64,000 bases of DNA, taken from NCBI GenBank assembly GCA_965649825.1, contig OZ287695.1, positions 372,001-436,000 of the forward strand, given 5' to 3'. The stretch comes from Penicillus capitatus. Its lineage: Eukaryota > Plantae > Chlorophyta. This document shows positions 48,160 through 61,400 of the stretch, in pieces. The number at the start of each line of letters is the position of its first letter. The first letter of the stretch is position 1. Both the position numbers and the translations under genes were made by a program. The notes under the pieces are model-generated. The model searched no databases and had not been told where the DNA came from. It saw only the letters and a list, made by a program, of their open reading frames with translations.

Positions 48160-48885
48160 GAGCTAAATGAATAGCATATTGCCGTCCTTAATCGATCAAG
48201 GATGCTTGGGGATCATGACATTACGTTACCCTAATCATATTTGATGATTCTAAAGCAACGCATAGCTATCTGAGAAGATTTCTCTTTGACTTAAATGCAT
48301 TTGCACATTCGGACTAACAGTGTGCAACGCTAGGCATATTGATGATGAGATACATGTCTGCGATTCGCTCTTGATTGTTGTTTGTTGCGAGAAAGGACGC
48401 ACGGTTAACATCTCTCACCGTAAATGTTCGGGAAACTTTTGAGGCGCCTTAAATTCGCAGGAATACTTCGCCGCAGTTCGCCGGCGAAACTTTTTGTCAT
48501 CGACCGACAAAGCCATTCTGTAGTTCGTATGAAAGCAAGTTTCTTTTGGAGCAAGATAACTTAAACAAAGATGAGCTCGATAGAAGACTGGAGAGAGCAA
48601 GGTGGGTGCGAAGTATTTTATTGCACACCAGTTACGGTTTTATCTACATCGTTTAAGTCGCCTATCAATTGAAAATGGACCGCTAGCGTTGCGGACAACA
48701 TCTTTGCAGCAACGAACGGCATAGATGACAGATCCGTGCTCGTAGCCAACGGCGCACAGTTACCGAAGGCAAAGACGGCGAAAACAGACAGCTAATTCAG
48801 AAATCATAAGTTAGACGCAAAGACACACTTTTGATAAAGAAGCAAGCTCTTTTGTTACATCGGGCTTTACGCTTAGGTAGGTGTG
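48160..48885 (-). mobile_element. LINE copy B (5' portion), same family as 24521-25785
   Basis: 48165-48205 and 48420-48885 align with 25262-25785. Similarity ends at the same ...gctttacgcttaggtaggtgtg boundary in both copies. Confidence 0.7.
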
Positions 48886-50192
48886 CTATAGCGTTGAAAA
48901 GGAGGTTTGATCTTTGGATCGGTCTGTGTGTCTATCCAAGATCCGTCGTAGCACAAGGGGAGCAGAAATCAAAGGAAGAAGGGAACGACAAACGCACTCA
49001 TAGGGAATAGAATCTTCCGTTGGCGAATGTGATGAGGGTTTGTCGATAGGCGATTAGGTATGTGAAGCACTGGATTATAAAGTGTCGTCCTCACTCGAAG
49101 TTGGGCAACGATCCAATCCGTCGATTTCATAACTTTATGAGAGCCCTGGGACGCCGTCCGTTCTCAAAACTCAAAAAGTGTATAAGTCTTCAAGCACAGA
49201 TTAGGTCATCACAGGTGTCAAGATAATGCTTTCGATGCAGTTAAGGAAACTCAGAGTAGGGGTATGAGCGGGATGAAAGACCAGGTAGGAGCTAGCTATA
49301 TTGTTTAAGCGTTCTGGATAGACACCAAAGGAGAGTATAGAGTCAGACGAAGAATGACAGGAGAACTCAGAAGAGGGCTTTATTTTACTCCGACATCTGA
49401 ACGTCTATCTGTGTTATTCCCTTGAGAAACCACTAGTTATCACACGATCTCTTAGCGCCTTCTAGCGAAGGTGGCGAAGATTCGTTAAGGCGCTGCGACA
49501 ATAGCTACATATTTCACCACGACGCCCAGGTGAGAGAGTGCACGCGGAAAGAGAGGGCACTCCGCTACGCAGTTAAGCGCCGACATTACGCTTTTAACAA
49601 CCAGACGTCTGGAAGAGGCGCACGCCGACCTCGGAGACTTGTTAAATTCTAGAAGCGTTGATTGAAGGTGGAAACGCCGCATTGTTTCAGTTTCGTCTCA
49701 GAGGCGCTTAACCGTCTCAATTCTGCCAGCACGCGCACGAACCTCGGTCTCCGTGGCCATGCTCGTCACTTTCGTCTTCGACGAATGCGTCCACGACGCC
49801 GGGCGTCACTTGTTGTCTCTTCGAATCTGCGGACCCCTTCGTCGCAGTCCATCGGAATTCTGACGGCTCGCAAACACCGACTGCGACAGACGGGCAGCGA
49901 CGTGCACTTCAGAGCGTCTCGACTGGCAACACAGACTGGAGATCGACAGACTGCTGTCGATGGGGCAGTTTTTCCGCCTTCCATGGGTGTGCGTCAGCGG
50001 TTAAAATTTTCCGCCAAAATGTGGCAGGCAAAAGCATCCCGGTTTCTTTAAAATCATTTCCTCCGTGTCTCTGCTGCCCTTTTGCTCCCAGACACGAAAC
50101 ACGCACGCTCGGTCTCTCTCTGTCACTTTCCGTATCTTCCTGACGTCTGTAACGTACGACCCCGTCGCGAAAGGCATCCGCGTCTTGGAGAG

Positions 50193-53100
50193 ATGCCCGC
50201 CGACATGACACCGTATCCTCTCCGTCTGGCATTGCTCTTCATCTTATGGCCGAGTCACTGCATTCAAGGTTCGCCAAACGCAGACGCGACGCAAACGCTG
50301 CTATCGACTGCGCTGCAGATTTGGAGCGCCACACCGCCATGTCCAATATCCTTGATCCCAAAATCGCCGTCAGCAGCCATCCCCCCACTATGCTCTCTCC
50401 GGACGCCAATGCCGTTCTAGGGTGGAGTGGATGCTCCGAAGGGAAGATTCCCATACATGTGCAGTTTGAGGAAGAGGGGGTCGCAGGAACACATGTGCGG
50501 CGGCACGCTCATCCAGAAGACGTGGGTCTTAACCGCTGCACATTGTCTGATGAACAAAGCAGGCCGTGCTCTCGGTTACTACCCCATCGTGGACTGCAGC
50601 ATCTACCACGTGGACATCGTCGCCGACCATCTGGTAACTTCACAGTCCAGCGAATCCGAGATCACGGCGTTCTGCTCCAGACGTTTGCCACCATCGACTC
50701 TCACGTCCATCGAGATTGGAACGGCGATGTCGACGATGGATTCGACATCGCCATGCTGAAGCTGAACAGAGAAGCGGAATTGATCTCTCCCCAGATCGAT
50801 AAGAAAGGCGTATTGCTTTCACAAGGCGATTACCTGAGCGCCGTCGGCTGGGGAACGACGCAGAAGGCAGACATAGCAGACGTGTTGCAGATGGCCCAGC
50901 GTTTGGTCTACATCTCAAGGAACAACTGCGAACGCGTTCTGGACATGAAGCTGAAAGAACACATGATCTGTGCAGGAATGCTCGATCAAGATACGTGTCG
51001 AGGTGGATACCGCCGAGCGATTCGCTTCGCTTCGTTACGATGGCACCGCGCGTGACTTCATGTCTTTCGCTGACAGGCGACTCGGGTGGTCCACTCTTCT
51101 TGGCAAGTGCTCCGAAGGGCAAGGTGAAAAAGGGACTGCCGGCACTCGACTTGCTCGTTGGTGTCACATCGGCCGGCCGCCAGACAGAGATAGATGGAAC
51201 CGTCGTTTGTGATGCCAGCGTGCCCGGGGTGTACACGAATGTCTCGTTCTTTTGGGACTGTGCGTTTGTCAATAGCCACTCGCACTCTCACGAGGCCGCA
51301 TTTTTTGTTAGGGATTTCAGGGATCATCGAAGATGGCAGCGAGGTTACATCTTCGCTAGCTTCCTCTTTACCCTCCATCGGCTCTGTGTTAGACGGTCGG
51401 TCAGGGACGCTTGTGGAAAAAGGAGGCAAAGGAGCTCCGAGAGACGTACCGTCCACTGTCGGACGACGAGCTGAAACTGGTATCGTTTGGCTGAGAGGGG
51501 TCGTGTTCACCGGATCGGATGTTGCAGGAGATGGTTTACGCGCTGCAGGCGGACGATCCGCTCAAGGCGGACAGTCTGTTGCTGGCAGGCGTCAGCGCCA
51601 ACAGTGAGTACACCAACTACACCTTTCTGTACATGCCGCCAGGATCAAGTCTACTCCATTGGGCAGCTGCGTACGATTCCCTTCAGTGCGTGAAGGTGCG
51701 TGTCTCCGTCAAAAAAGAACAGGCATTTGCGGACGCCGCGGTTGCTGAGCTGCCTGTGTCTGCTGTCGAAGATTCTGCTGCTGGCGAGGGCAGAACTCGA
51801 TCGGCTGAATGATCTATGGGAAACCTCTCTCTACACAGCGGCATCGCTCGGATCGAGCAGAGTGACAAAAGTGAGGGAGAGTGGACACACATGCCCATGC
51901 TCTTTGCGTTTTCTCTTCGTTCCGGCTCTGATGTCGGAGCAAGGCATTCGTCGCTCCTAACCCACAACTGATCGATTCGCGCACGGGGCCTCGACCATTG
52001 AACGATATTTATTATGTGCTTAGTATCTGTTGGATTTTGGAGCAGAGAAGGATCGAGCGTCCCGGGAAGGCAAGACTCCATTGCATGCCGCCGCCTGGAA
52101 CGGTCACTACCATGTTGTCAAGGTTCGGTTTTCGGTTGAGCCAGTCGCCCTGTGAACAGCGACAGTCGCATCCAGATACTCGTCGAAGAAGGGGTGGATT
52201 TAGAGCCGAAGGACAGCAGAGGACAGACGCCGCTGCATCTGGCGGCGAGAAACGGAAGTGCAAAGATCGTGAAGGTGACCGGCCTTCTCCTGTCTTGTAA
52301 GGACGAGACAGTCCGCACAGAAACTCATCTCCAACAACGTCGCGGTGGACGTGCGAGATAATCGCGAACAGACACCTCTGATCCTGGCTGCAAAAGGTGG
52401 AAACCTCAAAGCGGTCAAGGTGAGCATGTGCTGTCAATGAAAGAGCATGCATCTCTGTGGATGGACCGGTTAGGTGCTCATCAGGGCAGGCGCAAATGCG
52501 AGCGCAGTTGACAGCGATGGCAGATCTCCGTTGCTTTCTGCATCGAAAGATGGAAATCTCGAAATCGTCAAGGTTGTGTCTGCCCCTTTGCGCCTCCGCT
52601 GCAAAGGCATGTATCGCAGGAACTCGTTTCCCATGCAGTGGATATTGAATCGCCGGACAACAAAGGGACGACGCCGTTGATGGTGGCTGCTGAGGAGGGA
52701 CATCTCGAGATCGCAAAGGTAAGACTTTGGCGTCCCCGACGCCACATGTCTACGGGACTTGTACGAAGGAGCTCATAGCGAACGAGGCAAACGTAAGCGC
52801 TACGGACAATCTCGGGAAAACGCCACTCCATATGGCGGCTCGCAATGGCGACGCCGAAGTCGTCAAGGTTCGAAGACGTCTCCCGAATCCCTTCCAGAGC
52901 ATTGCGCTGCTAACAGGTGCTCCTGTCCGAAGGGGCCGATGTTCATGCAAAGACGCAGACGGGAAGAACGCCGCTCATTGAGGCATCCTACTATGGGCGC
53001 TTCCAGGCCGTCAAGGTTCGGTAGCGGGCTCGAGATCTCGCGTTCCGTTTCGGCAGCTTTCATTTCAGGAACTCCTCGCCAATGACGCAGATCCCAATGC

Positions 53101-53814
53101 GGCGGACAACTCCGGCGCTCGTCCTTTGCTTGAGGCATCGAAGTACGGGTACGTGGATACTGTGCAGGTTCGAGGACGGCGTCTCGCCTGAGGACTCGGC
53201 CAGGGGTGATGGTCGGTAGGCGCTAGAAGAGAGTGGAGCCGACGTGAACGCGACGGATCTGCAAGGAAGGACTGCCCTGTCTCTGGCCTCTTCTTCCGGG
53301 AAAGTCGACGTCGTAAAGGTGACTCGTTCGCAGACGTTTGCGCATCCGCTGTCTGATATCTCGAAAACAGGCTCTTCTGTCATACGGCGCGGACATGGAC
53401 GCTGCTACAAGACCCGGGGGTGCGACAGCGCTGCACCAAGCGTGTACGTCGTCCAGACGAGTGGAAGTGATAAAGGTCGAGTGTCGAATGGTGTCTCTCG
53501 CGCATCTAAGCGAATCTGAAAGGTTCTGGTTGAAAATGGCGTGAATGTCGACAAGCCCAACGACGAGGGAAAAACTGCGTTGCATATTACATCTCAACGT
53601 GGATACCTCGAAGCCGCCAAGGTAGAGACGGACCATCCATCTGCTAAGGCGCAGGACGCAACAGAGTGTTGATTAGGCTCTGGTAGAAGGAGGAGCCGAC
53701 AAGACTATTAGAGACGGCGACAGCGAAACGGCTCTGGATGTTGTCTGCAGCTACGCCTACGCCTATTGTTCTGCGGAAACGAAAGCCGCTTTGGAGAAGC
53801 TCCTGGCATTGTGA
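50193..53814 (+). CDS. Trypsin-ankyrin fusion, predicted active protease, 13 ankyrin exons plus Cys cap
   Basis: MTPYPLRLALLFILWPSHCIQ signal. Spliced PK-IAGG. WVLTAAHC, FDIAMLKL, spliced DQDTCR-GDSGGP. Thirteen phase-0 ANK exons. Ends VVCSYAYAYCSAETKAALEKLLAL* (TGA 53812-53814). Confidence 0.9.
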
Positions 53815-54765
53815 GAATCCCTATCTTGGTTGCTCTTTTCTACATAGGAATGTATATCGAGTGCAACGTGAGAAATCTTTATCGTTGTGAAGAACCGGTG
53901 GTGCGATGAAATGACTATCAGCAGTTTGTGCACAAATGAGAGTGATCGCAACAGAAACGAGAAAAACTGCGAAATGCTCACGGTTTATTGTCATCTGGCA
54001 ACTCGTCTTTCTCAGCAGTTCGTAATGCGAAGCCTTGGTCTTGTGCGAAGCCAGACTCGGCCATAACGAATTGTCACGCGGACAGAGCGAAGACGCTGTG
54101 GGAGAATGGTTAATTTTTTTTCTCCGAAACGAACTCGACATTGAAGGTCTGCAAACCGAAACACTGTTGCGGGGAAGTACGTCTCTTGGTTTTGTTCTGT
54201 ATTCGATCGCACATGTCCCATCAACGTAAAAACTGTCGAAACGTTGAATTAAGATGTTGCCGTCGCCGACGCATCATAGTGATTCACTGCTGAAGAGAAT
54301 CTTCGTCGATGAATTCCTAACGAAGAAGACGAACAAGTAATTTTTATGTGCGGGAGAAGAAGAGATTGCCAAGGGAATAACACTATTCAGGTTTATACCA
54401 TTCAAGGTTGTTGCTGCCGTTCTACCCACGACAAAAACTTCGTCGCGGCAGCCGCTCAGCAGCATCGGATTACGATCGCTGATAGATCCAGCCAGAGAGA
54501 GTCTTAGTCAAGAATGTACGCGCCCTGTACGCGCCTTTCTCATTCGACATCGCCCTTACGGAACTGCACGTTGCTCATGAAACCGACACTTTCAGAATGG
54601 TAGCGTTGTTCCTTCGCGATTAAATGGCTGCTCGATTTCGCGGTAAATGTAATGGCGGCGAAGATCAGACCTAGCGATTACGTTGCAGCGAGTGTTAGTC
54701 GACACAAGAACAACACACAGCGTCAGATTCCGTTGCTGCAGAGAGGACAAAAAGATGCAGGGGGT

Positions 54766-55744
54766 TCAAACACGCAAGAGTTCAGCGAACGCTGCTTTAG
54801 TTTTATCCGAGCACTTGGCGTTTCTGTCGACACAGACACGATTCAACGGAATCTTGTTATCCCTGTGGGCGGTATTTTTGTTTGCTCCAGCTGCTACGAG
54901 CATCTGCCCATACTTTCTATAGGTATGCGGCGGTTAACGCAATCGGTGGCTTACCTTAGCACTTTGCAGTTTGCCATAATGACCCGCCATCTGCAGCTTC
55001 TTCGCGACGACGCCGTCTTCGGTCAGTCCCCACCCCGTGGCACCAAAATATTGACCCTTGTCCAGGGGAACGTAGCCCGTGCCCAATCGCGGCAGCGTCA
55101 CGTCTGCGTCTCTGTCAAGCTTCAGTACAGCCACGTCGTGTCCATGTCCGATGACGCCTGCCCACTTGGGGTGAACGTATCCTGCGATTGCATCAAAGAC
55201 CTGCGCCGACACAGCGCGCTTTGCTCTATCCGAGAGCAATTCGCAGCTACCTGGTCGTCTTCCGCCTTCCTACGGTCGTGTATTCCGCAGTAGACGATGG
55301 GCGACAGGCCAATGGTTTCGTGGTCTTTAGGGTCCACGCAGTGAGCCGCCGTCATGACCCTGTCGCGTCTGAACAGCGTCGCCCCGCACATGTGGCGGTG
55401 AGTGCCACGTTCTCTCAAGCTGCATGTGTATGGAAACCACCCAAGTGGTGCCGTCTTCCCTCGCTGTCGACCGTTGGCCTTGAATTCTGCGGCAAAAACG
55501 TTTGTAACGCTTACCACTATTCTTCCGACGGCGGTTGTCTTCGACTCAGAGCTTAAGCCACTGTTGTCCAATGCTTCGCACAAGAGAAGGTCGTACGAAT
55601 GCAAGATTTCAGGTTTTTCGCACATTGAGTGTCGACGGATGCCCGTGCCGTCAGTAACAGCGAGTGCAGCGTCAAGTTCGTCAGCGCGAAGAGCCATTTC
55701 TTCGAGCGGTGTGCTTGTGTGGAAGACCGACGAAGCGCAAACAT
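54766..55744 (-). CDS. Internally deleted, in-frame trypsin-ankyrin mini-gene (signal peptide + N-terminal protease part + last half-ankyrin + Cys cap)
   Basis: Paralogous to the 58829 gene through ..VAKKLQM, then continues in frame AGHYGKLQSAK. After a 51-nt intron (54954-54904): MLVAAGANKNTAHRDNKIPLNRVCVDRNAKCSDKTKAAFAELLRV* (TGA 54768-54766). The Ser195 region is absent. Confidence 0.75.
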
Positions 55745-56235
55745 CTTCTCCGACGAGAATGGCGTGTAGATGCAAGAACAGTCAACCACTCCCGAGTCAT
55801 CTATTGCACCGAATCAATTGCGATCATTCCCACATTAAACAGCATCACCCTTTCGACTGCGACTCGTCGTCCATCTCACTACCAGACGGGCAAACTTGAG
55901 CTTAAGTTAGTTTCTTTCCGTTATCGTGCCGTCGATAAAGATCTCTCGAAAGTTCGCGAGTTCTCTGTTATTATGATGCGACAGTCGTATGCTGCCGATG
56001 ATTCTAATCTCGCGTCATGTGCGCACGTTGTCAACAAATAACGACAGTTACAATGCAATTGATTAAGGCAGACCACCAACAAAGCATTCTAGGAACGCGT
56101 CTAGGCGTACTTCCTTCCACAAACACCATGTCCGCAGTTGTTTAACTTAATGTGTCTGTCAACGTCACATCACGCTAGAGTGCTGTGGTTGACAACAGAG
56201 AACGAAAAAAAGAATGCTGCTAATAGGTTTATGAT

Positions 56236-58829
56236 TCATGGCGCCAGTAGTTTGGTAAATTCGTTCCGAGTCTGTTCAGAACAATCAGCATTTGCGTCAG
56301 CACAAATGAACGCGCGAGGAGGGTTTCCCTTTCTATTCAAGTTCGACTTCGACGCTCCAGCAGCGACGAGGACCTGGAAAGCGTCGTCTATTCGGCCGGA
56401 TGCTTTCTGGCTTACTTTAGCAATGTTCAGATGGCCATGATTTGATGCCCCATGCAATGGAGTCCAATCGTTTGAAACGGCAGTGTTGACGTTTGCGTCG
56501 GCTTTTATAAGGATCTGCATCTTGTCGTTTTCTAAGTGAACAAAAATGCGAAGACGCGAATCCGACCTTCGTAATCTGTAGGAAGCCACGGTTTACGGCT
56601 ATATGCAGTGGTGTGTAATTGTATTGGTTAAAAACGTCGACGTCTGCCCCAGCGTCAACTAGAGTCTGCCTTCCATCGTCTTTTAAAAGAGATCGGATCA
56701 AAGGCGTGATTCCTACCTTTACAAGTTCAGTGTATCCTTTTTCGGCTGCTGTGTACAGTGGAGTATAACTGGCATCGTTCGCAGTGTTGACGTTTGCACC
56801 GGCTTCGATAAGGATCTGTATCCCGTGGTCTTTAAGTGAAATAGAAGCGAAGGTGCGATTCTGACCTTCACGGTCTGCACAAATCCGTATTTTACAGCTT
56901 CGTGCAGTGGTGTCCAACTGTGTCGCTCGAAAACATCGACATCTGCGCCGTGGGCGACAAGAAGCTTCGGCCATCTTCATCATGAGATTCGAAAGAAACA
57001 GGAGGTTTACCTTTACAATCTGGAAGCTCTTATGTTGAACCGCAAAGTGAAGCGGAGTCCGATCGTCACGGGAGAATGCATTCATGTCTGCCCCATGATG
57101 AAGCAGCACCTGCTTGCACGACCGATGGTAGGAGACTTGATGCTGTTCGATCTTGACGACCTTTGTCGCCTCGACGCTATCGTAGATCGCCGTCGTGTGC
57201 AGAGCGGTTTCTCCATCGGCATTTCGGGTATCGATTCCTGCCTTGTGCTTTATCAACACCTACAAGCCACAACCAGAAATCAGAGGACGACAAGTCTGAA
57301 TACAGTCCAGCCAATTCGTTCTCCGGCCTTGCCTCAGCGCAGAGTGGGGCGTCGAAGACAGCGGCCGCGTGCAGCAAAGTCGAGCCTTCTTTCAGCTGAG
57401 GTCTGGATTTGTCGACTTCGAAAGTGGCGTTAGCGTACAGTCCAGACAAGAGAAGCGCCTCGGCATCAAGGGGATTGTCCTCCTTGATCGCACGAAGCAT
57501 CTCCTGTGCAGAACCCTGTCTATCTGGCTTTGCTATTGATGTACTGTACCGAGATCGTGTCCGACTCTGACAGGATGGCGTAATGCTTGCGTCTCTCTGT
57601 AAGCCTCCATTGCCATTTTCCTCCGTCTCCCGAACACTGCGCGCATTTACAGAAGATAAAGAAAGCGACACTCTTTCTTTGTTCCGATCTCACATCAGGA
57701 TGACAGTCGATGATCCACTCGATCCAGTCCAGGAAGTAATCGACGCTCGTGTAAATAGCTGGCTCAATTCCAGAACATGGCTCAGCGTCGTCGTCTTCCC
57801 TGTAGCCGAACGACGTGATACCGATGATCAGGTCCAGTCGCGCTTTCCCGTCATCCATGCTTCCATAAGGAGCGTCCATCAGCAGCAGAGGACCTCCAGA
57901 GTCACCTGTCGAACAGCGCGAACGTTGCTTGTACGAGGGTGCAGCAGGGTCAGTCCAGATGACCTTTGCAAGTGTCCTGCTGCAGTCCTCCAGCGCATAT
58001 CCAACTCTTTGGGTCGACGCCTTGGGGCTGTGCTATGCATTTGTCTTGCCCGACGACGGCGAGCTTTGCTGTCACTTGCAACTTCTTTGCTGGGACGCCG
58101 GAATCCGTGTTTCCCCATCCTGTCGCAGCAAGAAGCCCGCCCTTGTCCAAGGCGACATTGCCCGAACCCAAACGCGGCAGTGTCAAGTTGGCGTCTCTAT
58201 CAAGCTTCAGCACGGCGACGTCGTGTCCATGTGCGACGTCGCCTGTCCACTTTGGGTGAACGTATCCTGCGATTGCATCAAAGACCTGCGCCGACACGGC
58301 GCGGTTTGCGTCTGTCTACGAGTGATTCGCAGCTACCTGGTCGTCTTGCGCCTTCTTGCGGTCGTGTATTCCGCAGTAGACGATGGGCGACAGGCCAATG
58401 CTGGGGCGAGAGTTAGGGTCCACGCAGTGTGCCGCCGTCAGGACCCAGTCGCGTCTGAACAGCGTCGCCCCGCACATGTGGCGGTGAGTGCCACGTTCTC
58501 GTAAGCTGCACGTGTATGGAAATCTTTCAGGCGGCGCCGTCTTCCCTCCCTGTCAACCGTTGACTTGCTGCTTCGCGACAGAGGCTTCGAGCCGCTTACT
58601 GTTATTCTAGCTTCGATGACTGTGTTCGACTCAGAGCTCAAGTCCGTGTCGTCCAAAGCTTCGCAGAAGAGAAAGTTGTACGAATGCAGGTGTTTCCGTT
58701 CTCTGTACCTCGACTGTCGGATGCTGCCCACGACGTCAGCAACAGCGTGTGCAGCGTCAAGTTCGTCAGTGTGAAGAGCCATTTCTTCGAGCGGTGTGCT
58801 TGTGTGGAAGACCGACGAAGCGCGAACAT
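56236..58829 (-). CDS. Trypsin-ankyrin fusion, predicted active protease, 7 ankyrin exons plus Cys cap
   Basis: MFALRRSS...WLFTLTNLTLHTLLLTSWAAS signal. Spliced EAR-ITGG. WVLTAAHC, HDVAVLKLD, spliced QQDTCK-GDSGGP. Ends FICADANADCSEQTRNEFTKLLAP* (TGA 56238-56236). Confidence 0.9.
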
Positions 58830-59323
58830 CTTCACCAACGAGAATGGCGTTCAGATGCGAAAAACAGTCAACCAGTCCCGAGTCATCTGTTGTACCGGAT
58901 CGATTGCGATCATTTCGACGTTAAACGGCATCACCTATTCGACAGTGTCTCGTCGTTCATCTCGATACCAGACACGCAAGCTTAAGTGCAAACATGTTTG
59001 TTACCTTTATCGCGCTGTCGAAAAGACCTCTCGGAAGTTCGCGAGTTCTGTTGTTGTGATGGGACAGTCTCATGCTGTCGACGATCCTAATCTTCTTTAT
59101 GCACACGCTGTCAAGGAAGAGCGTCAGAAACACCGCAGCTGATTAAGACAGACCGCCAACATCATAGCATTCTAGAAACGCGTCTAGGCGGACTTCTTTC
59201 CATAAACACCATTTCCACAGTTGTTTATAACGGAAATCAATGTTGCTGTCAACGTCACATCACACTGAGTGCTGTGGTTGACAACAGAGAACGAAAAAAG
59301 AATGCTACTGATAAGCATCTGCT

Positions 59324-59600
59324 TTAGGGTGTAAGCAGTTTGATGAGATCTGTCCGAGTCTTTTCGGAACAATGAGCATTCGCGTCAGCACAAATGAATG
59401 CGAGAGGACTTTTTCCCTTGTCGGTCAAGCTCGACCTCGACGCTCCAGCAGTAAGGAGGATCTAGAAAGTGTCACTTGCTCAACGGCGAGGCATTCCGGC
59501 TTGGTTTAGATGACCGTTATATGATGCCAGATGAAGAGGTGTCCAATCGACAGTTGTCGTGGCGTCCACGGTGGCACCGGCTTCAATTAGAACCTGTAGC
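59324..59600 (-). pseudogene. 3' relic of a trypsin-ankyrin gene (last ankyrin + cap), splice donor deleted
   Basis: VLIEAGATVDATTTVDWTPLHLASYNGHL, then ILLTAGASRSSLTDKGKSPLAFICADANAHCSEKTRTDLIKLLTP*. Close to 18963-19230. The flank at 59150-59320 matches 18770-18960 and 56060-56230. Confidence 0.85.
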
Positions 59601-61400
59601 TGCCAGTCATCGGAGAGGCGGAGCATTCGCCTTCAGGGATCCTTGTGAACATCCACCGAGAATATGCGTCTCTTGCTCGTCGTCTCCTTCGATTCTAATC
59701 ACCCGAGTATGGTCTTCCATAAAGGAAGTTGTCCATAATATCAAATGGAAGTGCCGCAAGATTGATTCGATTAAGCGATTGGGAAGCTGTTTCAATCTTC
59801 CCAAGTCAAATGCGCTTGTAATGTCTGTATTTAGGTAAAGAACGTGGTTGGCATTACGAAGTGGAGTAGAGATTACACGAAAAAGCTGGCAATGCAGCCT
59901 TTGTCACTTGTAAACGACGAGAGTTGTGCTGTTGGTCGATGATTCGTGTAGAGTTCAAGTGGCGACGATACTTGTGTCCCTAGTGTTTTCAATAGCTTTT
60001 ACAACCTCGAGAGCTGCTTAAGTGCCACATCGTCGCGAAGACTGTTCACGTAAACTAGTTTCTTACGCAAAGTGGCGTCACGACTTGATGGGAAAGGAAA
60101 CCCGTCGTCCGGCGCCAGGACATCCCAATAGAATGACAGGCGTTCGAAGGAGTCACCGAAGAGGACATCCGCTACAATCGAATCCGGCTTGCTGGAGAAA
60201 TTTTGGTTAAGATTAAGGAAGGGCTGCGGCTCTTACGTGAAGAACGCCGTCGCACTGCGATTGGGCTCAAAATTCGAGCTCTAGAATAACGTGACAGACT
60301 AGCAAAAAACATGCACCTAAGAAATGGAAAATTCCAAACTACATATTGAAAGAATCTAAAACTTAGGACGAAATACTGTGCAAGTTACGAGGTATAATAA
60401 ATGAAACCCGGAAGAAAATGAAGACAGAACATTAACTACTCGAAGGAATATGCCCGTGGAAGAAGAACCACGGAGCATTTTCAGTTCAAGCATGCACGAA
60501 CGAAGTTCTCACACATTTATGAGTATGTAAGGCCGACGGACCATCTGGGGTGAAGGTGAAGAAAGTTAGGAGTCTTCTTGATAATTGTGCGTTCAGAGGA
60601 GGCGAAGATTAGCGAAATGGATCTTAGTTTGGCAACGCAGTTTCTATGAATTCGCATTTGGGTATAGTTATCTCCGAGATTAGTTTAGAATGTGTAGTGG
60701 TATCCAGCCATCAGGCATTCGTTTAAGATGTTGTACAAGATCAAAATAAGAACGTCTGCCGATTTTCTTAAGTTTGTTCGGAATCCCTTCATATCCAGGA
60801 GCTTTGCATTTTTCTTAGAGAAGATTGTTGTCCTAACGTTAGTTATCGTGATCTCTTCAAGCTTTGGCATTCTTGATTGTTCATTTCAGACATGTTGTGT
60901 TCGAAGTAATCCAGAATATGGGTTTTGCGTTTGTCTACAGGCAGACATGGAGAAAACATATTCTAAGTATTTCTGAAATTTACTTCCGACAGTGAGGGTA
61001 TGTCTCCCTTTCGGTTAACAGGAAGAATGGTATCAAAAAGGTTTGCATCCGATTAGTCTTATAACATTTTGCCACAAACTTCCTTTGTCTGTATGGTTTA
61101 GAAAGGAATCTCAATCTCCGATTCTTTCTTTGAATCTTTCTAACTTCTAAGCTTTTTTGTAAAACTCCAAAAGATGGTACTTCCTTTCCACACTCAGACA
61201 AGAAATTTTTCGGTGTCTTAGGATTTGACTCTGTAGTTTTTTAGATTTTTTGCGTCTTTCAAAAGCAGGGTCGTTGCATTAACTCCTTCGATTGGTCTTA
61301 GGCTTATGTGTTTAACGGAGTGCAAAGCGGGTGTGTTCATAAGATCCCTTTCTACTTTCTGCCATTAGCTGTCGAGTTCATTTCTTAATGAAATGCAGTT
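59601..61400 (-). mobile_element. Decayed LINE ORF2 (RT) copy C
   Basis: KAPGYEGIPNKL (about 60800), LYNILNECLMAGY, LRSISLIS, YLNTDITSAFD and LWTTSFMEDHTRVIRIEG...GGCSQGS (59620-59830): canonical non-LTR RT motif order. Confidence 0.78.

Noticed and set aside
48900-49500. Weak integrase-like segment (SWATIQSVDFIT)
   Set aside because: Single short motif with no convincing D,D-35-E continuation. It needs TBLASTX against a TE library.
49766-49984. Short minus-strand ORF facing the 50-kb gene
   Set aside because: Short, no domain, and it abuts repeat-like sequence.
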